Positions 1 to 7,169 of a stretch of DNA of 64,000 nt are shown one piece after another. This DNA comes from Tolypothrix carrinoi HA7290-LM1 (lineage in GTDB: Bacteria > Cyanobacteriota > Cyanobacteriia > Cyanobacteriales > Nostocaceae): positions 1 through 64,000 of the forward strand of contig JAHHIK010000012.1 in NCBI GenBank assembly GCA_019358935.1, read 5' to 3'. A program made the position numbers and the translations under genes. The notes beneath the pieces were generated by a model. The model was not told the origin of the DNA. It made no database searches and worked only from the letters and a program-made list of their open reading frames with translations. Positions within the stretch are counted from its first letter, which is position 1; each line of letters begins with the position of its first letter.

Positions 1-80
1 TTCTGGGGGGCTTTTTAATTTTTGGTCATTGGTCATTGGTCATTGGACGCCATCGCATAACAGATTGCGACGCACCCATC

Positions 81-117
81 AAAAAACCGCCCTTACCTTT
101 GCAGGCAGGACGGTTTT
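81..117 (-). terminator. Intrinsic terminator after the minus-strand ORFs at 116-526
   Basis: Minus strand reads ACCGUCCU-GCCU-GCAA-AGGU-A-AGGGCGGU-UUUUU: a GNRA-capped stem followed by a U tract. Confidence 0.75.
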
Positions 118-526
118 ATTCAGGTTCCTTTGCACCTTTATCAGAAATCAATTGCAGGATCTGACCTTCAAGCTCTTGGATGGCTTTTTTGAAGTCGTTT
201 TCACTTTCCTTACTTTCGTCAAGTCTGGTGATGAGCCGTTGCTGGTGTGACCTGACATAAGAAAGATGCTTTTCTTCAATTAGCTTGAGGGCTTCTAGAA
301 TTTCCCCAGGATTTGAACTTCTGGATTGGCTAGACTTACACCTACTTCCCCTGATGCTAGACCCCTGATCATCTGGGACGTGTCCTTGTATCCCATTGAC
401 TTGGCTTTGCTTAGTAGGGCATCCCTCTGTTCCGGAGAAAGCCTTACCGATAATCTCGCCTCTTGGTTTGGCAATGTTTTCGGGCGTCCGGGCTTTTGTG
501 GCGTTGTCATTGTTGCTTTCACTCAT
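116..526 (-). CDS. Hypothetical protein, disordered N-terminus and coiled-coil C-terminus
   Basis: 136-aa ORF with AAGG upstream of the ATG; heptad-like C-terminal half (ILEALKLIEEKHLSYVRSHQQRLITRLDES); terminator directly after the stop. Confidence 0.6.
   Translation of the reverse strand: MSESNNDNATKARTPENIAKPRGEIIGKAFSGTEGCPTKQSQVNGIQGHVPDDQGSSIRGSRCKSSQSRSSNPGEILEALKLIEEKHLSYVRSHQQRLITRLDESKESENDFKKAIQELEGQILQLISDKGAKEPE
295..510 (-). CDS. Ribbon-helix-helix (CopG/MobC-like) DNA-binding protein, in an alternative frame overlapping 116-526
   Basis: PGRPK followed by RLSVRLSPEQRDALLSKAKSMG..TSQMIR, which fits the RHH strand-helix-helix pattern. Confidence 0.6.
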   Translation of the reverse strand: MTTPQKPGRPKTLPNQEARLSVRLSPEQRDALLSKAKSMGYKDTSQMIRGLASGEVGVSLANPEVQILGKF

Positions 527-546
527 ATACCTTTTCTCTATTGTAA

Positions 547-633
547 TTTTGTCAGCACAAAAAGTTTTGTGTTCACACTTGACTTATAATTTGGGGTGTA
601 CGATTATGTTAACAGAGTTTTGTGAAAACAAAA
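547..633. promoter_or_regulatory. Two candidate operator palindromes TTTTGT-N4-ACAAAA in a divergent promoter region
   Basis: Copies at 547-562 and 618-633; TTGACT at 579-584 and TATAAT at 585-590 lie between them. Confidence 0.5.
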
Positions 634-855
634 TTATAGAAAGCTCCCTCCCCACATTTGCCTAGTGCCCGTGGGGACACACCAATAAACCGGAGCAAAT
701 CACCCGCGCCTAGACCTTGCGCGGAGACACCCTAAAACGCGATCGACAGTCACATAAAAATTTGCCCCCGAACAAAAGCTTTCATCGTTTCGCAGGAGGA
801 TACCAAAGACGAAGATCACAAAACACAAAATACTAGCATTTACCTTTTTTAAACC

Positions 856-905
856 TGCCAGCAGTAACTGTGAGTATTGTTGTTGCGGCGCTGCTGGCAT
901 TTTTT
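856..905 (+). terminator. Terminator-like hairpin in the rightward leader
   Basis: TGCCAGCAG (856-864) / CTGCTGGCA (891-899) followed by TTTTTT. Confidence 0.5.
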
Positions 906-1023
906 GCACGCCCTTTAATTGCAAGGAGTGTGGGCGTGTAAATTATCCACATATATATGAGGAAATGCCTATGCAGCAATAGTCACGACTACTTCTATGC
1001 ACTCCAATTTCCAATGACGTAAA

Positions 1024-1064
1024 ACACCAGCACTACGCTTGTGGCTTTATGCTGGTGTCTTTTT
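1024..1064 (+). terminator. Second terminator-like hairpin, upstream of ORF 1086
   Basis: ACACCAGCA / TGCTGGTGT followed by CTTTTT. Confidence 0.55.
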
Positions 1065-1085
1065 AATCCAACTTGAAAACTTGAT

Positions 1086-1277
1086 ATGCAATCAAACCAC
1101 AAACCCAACATCAACCCGTGGGCAATTTTTCGCTGCTTTGAACCTACCCGCCAGGTGTGCGTAGCTCGATTTCGTCGGCGCTCTGAAGCTGACGGACACA
1201 TCAAAACTCTACGGCGGATGATTCCGCAGGGACGTTTTGAAGTGCTTTTTGACCTAGGGGAGAAGGTCGCAGAATAA
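1086..1277 (+). CDS. Small conserved cyanobacterial hypothetical protein
   Basis: PW.I.R...VARFRRRSEADGH...LRR.IP...FEV.FD motif, recalled as a widespread small cyanobacterial family. Confidence 0.7.
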   Translation: MQSNHKPNINPWAIFRCFEPTRQVCVARFRRRSEADGHIKTLRRMIPQGRFEVLFDLGEKVAE

Positions 1278-1428
1278 GGATAGCTTAATTTTAAAGGCGA
1301 TGCCGAGTACGGCAACGCTTCCGCAGAGCGGACGAGGGGCGCGAACGCGAACGCGCTTTGTGTGTGCAGAGTGCGATCGCCCTTGGATAGTTAAGCCATG
1401 TGTATTTTATCACCGAGGCTGAAATTAA

Positions 1429-1632
1429 ATGAATTACAAAACCATTACTTATCAAAGGGTAAAAAACCTTGGTAATTACGAAAGTGAACGACTAGAAATG
1501 ACCATTGAACTAAATGAAGGTGAGAACCCTTTGACTTGTGCAGACGCTTTAAGGCTAGATGTAAATTACATTTTAAATCAGACTGTTCCAGATCCAAAGC
1601 CATTGTCCAAAAAAGTAGAAGAGGGGTTTTAA
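1429..1632 (+). CDS. Phage-like small hypothetical protein (NLGNYES motif)
   Basis: 67 aa; GAGG upstream; KNLGNYESERLEMTIELNEGE. Confidence 0.7.
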   Translation: MNYKTITYQRVKNLGNYESERLEMTIELNEGENPLTCADALRLDVNYILNQTVPDPKPLSKKVEEGF

Positions 1633-1635
1633 ACC

Positions 1636-2037
1636 ATGAAAATTAAAAGATTACACGCACATTTTCTGATTTCAACTGGTAGTTACAACAACGAAAGAAT
1701 TGGATTTTCTGTTGAATTAAACGAGGGAGAATCTGTCGAAGAAATTGTAACTAATTTGAGATAAAAAGCAATAACTATTATTGGAGGAACAGCACAAGAG
1801 TATTACGACCGGATAAGAGAATTTAAACGCGAATGCCTTCAACTGGAAGAAAAATTAAATAAACTACGCAAGGAATGGGACGCAACAGCAGCATTTTTAA
1901 AAGCTCAAGGCTTAAATCCAGAAGCCCCATCAATGCCTCAGTTTCGCAACTTGCTTGAAGCTGTAACCGTACAGTCTGAAGTTGTCACAGAAGATGAGGA
2001 CGACGAGGAGGACGACGACGATGACGACGATTATTAA
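1636..2037 (+). pseudogene. Paralog of 1429-1632 with coiled coil and acidic tail, interrupted by an in-frame TAA at 1762-1764
   Basis: Manual translation: MKIKRLHAHFLISTGSYNNERIGFSVELNEGESVEEIVTNLR*KAITIIGG...EDEDDEEDDDDDDDY*; the frame stays open after the internal stop. Confidence 0.7.
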
Positions 2038-2038
2038 A

Positions 2039-2095
2039 CCGCCTGATGAGCTGGACTAAAAAAGCCGGCGAAACTCCCCCACAAGGGAGTCGCGG
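2039..2095 (+). ncRNA. Type I hammerhead ribozyme, predicted cleavage after C2091
   Basis: Stem I CCGC/GCGG; core CUGAUGA (2043-2049); stem II GCUGG/CCGGC; GAAA (2070-2073); stem III CUCCC/GGGAG; GUC triplet at 2089-2091. Confidence 0.9.
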
Positions 2096-2315
2096 ATCGA
2101 GTCCAAATCATTCGCCTGTAAACAGTGCAGTAATTTAGGGCTTTTCAGTGGAATCAAGCATCACTGCTTTTAATTATTTCATAAGCTCGGTTACTGCACT
2201 TTCTACAGTTTCCCTCGTAGTGCCATGCGGCACAGCCTTGAGAGTGAGTTAGGCTCCGTGCCTTTGGGTGATTCGCAGGCTTTTATACGGGGCTAGTAAC
2301 CAACAACCACACCCA
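2092..2315 (+). ncRNA. Structured non-coding RNA upstream of the IS110 recombinase (candidate bridge/guide RNA)
   Basis: Long stem AGUGCAGUAA/UUACUGCACU with inner CAGUG/CACUG; second domain closed by CCUCGUA/UACGGGG containing three hairpins; position 5' of the recombinase gene. Confidence 0.55.
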
Positions 2316-3515
2316 ATGCATATGAATAAAAGAATTTTGGGACTTGATATTAGCAAGTCCTCAGTTTCTATGTGCTTACTTGAAAGCAAGCCAAACGATC
2401 CACGTCAATTTTATTATGAATGTCCGTTTATGTTGTTTAGCGCCAACAGTGAGGGGATAAAAGCACTGTTGGCGCTAAAACCGGACATCGCAATTATGGA
2501 ACCGACCGGTGTTAATTACTCAAAGCTTTGGGGAACACACTTAGCCCGTGCCGGGGTCGAGGTCAGGCTTGTGGGACACAAAGAATTGAGGAATTACCGC
2601 TCGTCACATCTAAGTTTACCGGATAAGGATGATGATGCCGATGCCCTAGCACTGGCTTGTTACTACTTTGATTACTTCGATTCTCCCAGGCGCTTTGTCC
2701 AAATTCGGGACTTCACCACAACCCGCATCCGAGAACTGGTGCTGAGATTGGCTCACCTCAACCGGGTGCAATCGCCGATCGTCAATCGCTTACGTCAAGA
2801 TTTGGCGTGGCAGTTCCCGGAAATCGCACATGTAAATTCCCGGCGGGGAATTGATGGGGATGTGCCTTTATTGTGGGGTTGGTTGTGTGGGGAACGTAAA
2901 AGCAAACGATATGATAATTTGCGCGATCGCTCTATTGGGCTGGGAGTCACCGACACGGTTCGGCATCACGCCAGCCGTCTGTGTGACTTGCAACGAGAGG
3001 AACACAGCATTGAAACCGAGTTACACCAGCTTCTGGCTGACTCAAAGTTTACCGCTTACCGCCAGGTTTTCAAAAGCTTTGGTTTTGGGCTGCGCTTGGA
3101 GTCAATCATCCTCTCCCAAATTTACCCTATTGAGAATTACTTCGGTGCTGACGGTAAGCCAGAGGTGAGGATTCGTAAGGGTCGAAAGTCTGGAAAGCCA
3201 ACTAAACGTTACCTGTCACTACGTCGATTCCAGAAATCTCTAGGGCTTGCACCGTCCTTAGAAGCGTCCGGTGATAAAAGTAAAATTAAGATCCAAGGCG
3301 GTTCTGATTTGTGCCGTATTGCCTTCTGGCAATGGGTTTTTACTCGCATCGAGGTTAAGCGCTGCCGTCTAAATAACGAGATTGGGGAAATACTCGGCGC
3401 TCAGTTCGATACTGAAAAGGCAGCGGGGCGTCCAGTGAGGTTGGTGCGATCGCGCATTAGTGCCAAAGCTGCAAAGTTACTATTTCGGGAATTGGTAAAG
3501 GCAATTGTACAGTGA
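2316..3515 (+). CDS. IS110-family transposase/recombinase (DEDD RuvC-like domain plus Tnp domain)
   Basis: ILGLDISK, IMEPTG, KDDDADA (equivalent to KTDxxDA) and GLAPSLEASG with the catalytic Ser are all present; likely start ATG 2316 or 2322. Confidence 0.9.
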   Translation: MHMNKRILGLDISKSSVSMCLLESKPNDPRQFYYECPFMLFSANSEGIKALLALKPDIAIMEPTGVNYSKLWGTHLARAGVEVRLVGHKELRNYRSSHLSLPDKDDDADALALACYYFDYFDSPRRFVQIRDFTTTRIRELVLRLAHLNRVQSPIVNRLRQDLAWQFPEIAHVNSRRGIDGDVPLLWGWLCGERKSKRYDNLRDRSIGLGVTDTVRHHASRLCDLQREEHSIETELHQLLADSKFTAYRQVFKSFGFGLRLESIILSQIYPIENYFGADGKPEVRIRKGRKSGKPTKRYLSLRRFQKSLGLAPSLEASGDKSKIKIQGGSDLCRIAFWQWVFTRIEVKRCRLNNEIGEILGAQFDTEKAAGRPVRLVRSRISAKAAKLLFRELVKAIVQ

Positions 3516-3715
3516 CTAACAGAAACGATTCTTTTTCCCCTTGTCCTAATTGCCACTGTAACGCTTACGGACTATTCCCGTATTGGATCTTACGTGCCAA
3601 CCTAGAACAAGTGCGGGTTCGCTTATTCCACTGTGTTAACTGCGGTTACGAGCCAGAAGTTAAAGAAGCTAACTTAGTAGATCCAACTCAACGGGACAAA
3701 AGGACAAATAGGTAG
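3512..3715 (+). CDS. Small zinc-ribbon protein, translationally coupled to the IS110 gene
   Basis: CPNC...CVNC pairs; GTGA start/stop overlap. Confidence 0.6.
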   Translation: MTNRNDSFSPCPNCHCNAYGLFPYWILRANLEQVRVRLFHCVNCGYEPEVKEANLVDPTQRDKRTNR

Positions 3716-3802
3716 AATTATATTTGGTCAAACCTGCGGAGATGGGGGTCAGCTGTAAGGGCAGGTGTCGCTGTCCCAACCTCCTTTATAACTAACTAGA
3801 GT

Positions 3803-3988
3803 GAAATATTAAGCGAAACTCACTATCAACAACTTCCAGAAAAAGCGATTCAACGCTTGGGTATGCAACTCCATCAGAAAAATCTCTTGGTGCGGATGAC
3901 TTTACGGAGTTTGCACGCATCAATTACGAATCAACACGCTAATATCTTACGCGATTTAGTTTACCAGCGAATTCATCAAGGTGAATAA
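3803..3988 (+). pseudogene. Orphan C-terminal fragment of a PheS-related ligase (SrmL-like, ferredoxin-fold anticodon-binding-like domain)
   Basis: EILSETHYQQLPEKAIQRLGMQLHQKNLLVRMTLRSLHASITNQHANILRDLVYQRIHQGE*; in-frame TAG at 3797; family recalled, not searched. Confidence 0.55.
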
Positions 3989-4014
3989 CGCAAGTAGAAA
4001 GATACTCTCGTTCT

Positions 4015-4122
4015 CTCGTTCCCAGGTTCCACCTGGGAATGCCTACAAGTGGGCTGCTGCCTTTTGTATGCTAGAGGCAGAGCCTCTAAGAATCTGTTCC
4101 CAGGCTTCAGCCTGGGAACGAG
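4015..4122. repeat. REP/MITE-like inverted repeat
   Basis: CTCGTTCCCAGG...CCTGGGAACGAG ends with internal palindromes. Confidence 0.7.
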
Positions 4123-4145
4123 TGAGAACTCCTAACTCCTAACTT

Positions 4146-5405
4146 TTAACTTTTAACTTTCTCCACTCCTCGCATCGCTAAAAGCGCTGTCCCATACGCT
4201 GCCTGCGTATTTACAGGATGCGGCATGTCAACTTGCAAACACTTTGCTCTCATCGCTCCCCAAGTGTCATTCACCGCACCACCTCCAGCGGTGTAAACAC
4301 GCTTTAACTTATCTGCTCCAAGCCGCTGTAGTAATTCATACCCTCGATACTCTATCCGTGCCATACTTTCCAGCAACCCGTGTAAAAATTCCACAGGATT
4401 ATCTGGACGCGGTTCTAATCGCGGTGGTAAATTTGGGTCATTAATTGGAAAGCGATCGCCAATTTTCAACAACGGATAATAATCTAACCCGCAATATTTG
4501 CTTACATCAATTTCACGACTGTATTTTTCTAACTCAGCATCCGTGAAAAATTGCCGCAACACTGCACCCCCAGTATTAGAAGCACCCCCAGTTAACCACA
4601 AATCGCCTAAACGGTGGCTGTAAATTCCATACCTTGCATCTTCCACGCGGGTACGACTCAACAGCTTTAACACCAGCGTCGAACCCAGAGAAGTCACCGC
4701 ATCACCGGGTAATTTTGCACCACTGGCGATAAAAGCGGCGATACTATCAGTTGTACCCGCACACACTAAGCAATCTTTAAGGAAACCGAATTTAGCCGCA
4801 ATTTCTGGAAGTAATTGAGCGATCGCACTCCCAGGAGTTACTACTTTTGGTAGATGAATTCGTATTTGCAGTTCTTCTAGCCATTCCGGGTATCGAAAAT
4901 TTTCCACGTCATAACCCAACTTCAAAGCGTTGTGGTAATCGCTTATACCCAATTTTCCATGCAATAAAAACGCCAGCCAATCTGCCTGATGCATGAAATA
5001 TTTAGCTTCTGCGAAAGATGGTTGTAAGGACATCCACAGAAGTTTAACTAAGCTGGAAGTAGCGCTTAATACGGTATGATTTGCGGGTGCGACATTTTGC
5101 AAGCGTTCCAACATGACTGCACCCCGCGCATCATTGTACAACAGCGGTGCGTCTACAAGCTCTCCAGCGGCATCGCACAGCATGACGGTAGAGGAAGTTC
5201 CATTGATGGCGATCGCCTTTATTTTAAGGCGCAATTCTGAGGGGATTTGTTCTAACAAGGTAAACAAAGCCGTTTGCCAGCAAGTTGTCTTACCTTCATT
5301 TGACATGGACCAAGGATACCGCACCTCTGAAAGTATATTCCCTTCAAAGTCAATCACCACACCCCTAGCACCAGAAGTCCCAAAATCTATACCCAGATAA
5401 AACAT
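4146..5405 (-). CDS. FGGY-family carbohydrate (pentulose) kinase
   Basis: LGIDFGTSG, GTTDSIAA, SLGSTLV and TAGGGA motifs. Confidence 0.9.
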   Translation of the reverse strand: MFYLGIDFGTSGARGVVIDFEGNILSEVRYPWSMSNEGKTTCWQTALFTLLEQIPSELRLKIKAIAINGTSSTVMLCDAAGELVDAPLLYNDARGAVMLERLQNVAPANHTVLSATSSLVKLLWMSLQPSFAEAKYFMHQADWLAFLLHGKLGISDYHNALKLGYDVENFRYPEWLEELQIRIHLPKVVTPGSAIAQLLPEIAAKFGFLKDCLVCAGTTDSIAAFIASGAKLPGDAVTSLGSTLVLKLLSRTRVEDARYGIYSHRLGDLWLTGGASNTGGAVLRQFFTDAELEKYSREIDVSKYCGLDYYPLLKIGDRFPINDPNLPPRLEPRPDNPVEFLHGLLESMARIEYRGYELLQRLGADKLKRVYTAGGGAVNDTWGAMRAKCLQVDMPHPVNTQAAYGTALLAMRGVEKVKS

Positions 5406-5580
5406 ATATTAATTTTTTCTAAAAAAGCTTGACAAATAACCAATGCCCCATGCCCCATGCCCCATGCCCCATACCCAATAATTGCTTTTTGTAACAAGTT
5501 ATTCCCCAATCTTGGCAAAACAGGGAAAAGTAGTAAACGAACCGATGAAAATTCCGATTCTATTTGGAGGATTCGCTTTT

Positions 5581-5679
5581 ATGCATATATCTGATACTCA
5601 AGTCTTCATAGCTCTGGTTGTGGCGCTAATTCCAGGGATTCTGGCTTTGCGTTTAACAACAGAACTTTACAAATCTTAA
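5581..5679 (+). CDS. psaM: Photosystem I subunit XII
   Basis: [36 protein letters not shown] ribosome-binding site upstream. Confidence 0.92.
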   Translation: MHISDTQVFIALVVALIPGILALRLTTELYKS

Positions 5680-5986
5680 GTTGCCTGATATTGGGACTGT
5701 AAATTAGGGATTAAGAAAAAATACCATAAGTTTTTCATCATTAATCCCTAATCGCTAATATCCCCATCTGCCATCCCAGGCAAAGTATCAAAAAGCTAAT
5801 AATCCTGGCAGTACGAAAGCAGTTTCCATCTTGCGGCTTGATACCGTGGATTGTCGGCAACTGACTACTTACGTTTGCCAGGTTTATTTTTAACTATTAA
5901 CATACGTGTAGCAATCTCGAAAAAATGAAGTAATATGACAGCTAAATAAAACCGTAATTAGTCTTGGTTAGATTTTTACGGTCAGT

Positions 5987-6427
5987 ATGACAGCAGTTCG
6001 CGAGGTTATTTTTAATACTATGAATGCATTTCAACCTTCCAGACCCCCACTAGAACCTATACAAAAACGTCGGGTTGCTCCAAGACCACGCCGACATCTA
6101 AGACAACGTTCTTATCAGGTAATGGCATTGGAAACTACGGTAAAAATAGGGGTTAATGTTGTCATTTCAGTCGCCGCAGCATCTGCCTTGGTACAACTTT
6201 TGCCTTACCATTGGTTACAGCAAGACAAATTAAGAGAAATTGGCACTGAAGTCAAGTTGATGGAAGTACGTGTCAACACTTTAAACACAAAATTTAGCCG
6301 TAACTTCGATCCACGCGAAAATAAAACTATTATGCAACAACAATCTTATCGATTTGACCCCAGCCAGCGTCAGGTCGTGATTATAAATAAAGATGGCTCA
6401 GAAGTCGAACAATTACCTGATCGCTAA
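5987..6427 (+). CDS. Conserved cyanobacterial membrane protein with coiled coil (slr1601-like); probable start 6020
   Basis: Basic N-terminus, one transmembrane helix, coiled coil, FDP motif. Confidence 0.7.
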   Translation: MTAVREVIFNTMNAFQPSRPPLEPIQKRRVAPRPRRHLRQRSYQVMALETTVKIGVNVVISVAAASALVQLLPYHWLQQDKLREIGTEVKLMEVRVNTLNTKFSRNFDPRENKTIMQQQSYRFDPSQRQVVIINKDGSEVEQLPDR

Positions 6428-6649
6428 TCACCAACAGTTAATAGTTAATAGCTATTGGTTTTAAAACTATATAGTTATTATCTATTAGCTGTTAGTTCAA
6501 TATTATTGCTTTGTTATTATTAAAAATTAGCTTATTTTTGGAAATTACTTGCACCCACATCAACTTATTTTTTCTTTCACAAGCAAACGCAATTTAAGTA
6601 TAATATGCTATGCGACGTGCTTTGAAAATTAATAGATTTTTGAAATACA

Positions 6650-6870
6650 CGTAGGGTCCGGCTTAAAGGGGTGTGGATGTTCCTCCCCCTTTAGAGTCCG
6701 TTGTGTTAGGACGAAGTCCGTAACGCACCAAGAGCTATTGATGGTGCGTTAGGCTCCGAAGAGGGCACCCAACAAGACTACTAAGTATAATATGCGACGT
6801 GCGGCAAAATGAATAGACACGCTCTATTAGACATAAAAGTCGTAGGGACAATTCATGAATTGTCCCTATA
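6650..6870. repeat. Cluster of REP-like palindromes
   Basis: GTAGGGACAATTCATGAATTGTCCCTA and TAACGCACC...GGTGCGTTA. Confidence 0.6.
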
Positions 6871-7047
6871 AAGGAATTCGGGCAACGCATAATTGTTTTC
6901 CACGACGTTTGTCTATTGCACTTCGGTCTCATCTAAAACGATCGCAACCCAGCAATCCCTAGCATAAAGCGATCGCTACTGCCCTAAACATCGCATATTT
7001 ACATCATTTTACAATTTCGGTTGCATCTTGCGGTTTGTTAGTTAGAA

Positions 7048-7062
7048 TGATAACCGTTATCA
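7048..7062. promoter_or_regulatory. Zur (FurB) box
   Basis: Perfect 7-1-7 palindrome TGATAAC-C-GTTATCA upstream of the COG0523 gene. Confidence 0.85.
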
Positions 7063-7169
7063 TATAATATAGGCATTCGCTTTTGCAATGAGCGATTGAT
7101 GAAAAGACTTGTTTATCACTTCCAGAGTACGAATTTAACTCACTACACCTAAAGGAAAAAGCAGGAAAT

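Noticed and set aside
1..16. CTGGGGGGCTTTTT resembles the recalled 3' end of NsiR1
   Set aside because: Only 16 nt are visible at the window edge; any terminator could look like this
761..982. Cys-rich plus-strand frame (CEYC...CKEC) resembling a zinc finger
   Set aside because: No start codon upstream of the Cys motifs, and the Cys codons coincide with hairpin arms; an RNA-structure explanation is simpler
2234..2255. Loop sequence AGAGTGA/AGTTAG matches the junction CTAACT-AGAGTGA near 3792-3804
   Set aside because: Matches of 6-7 nt are expected by chance, and the geometry is not that of known bridge-RNA guides; retest once the empty site is known
2316..3515. TIGR-Tas (TasR) interpretation of the RuvC/Nop-like protein
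   Set aside because: No tandem ~36-nt dual-spacer array is visible nearby, and the IS110 catalytic SG loop is retained
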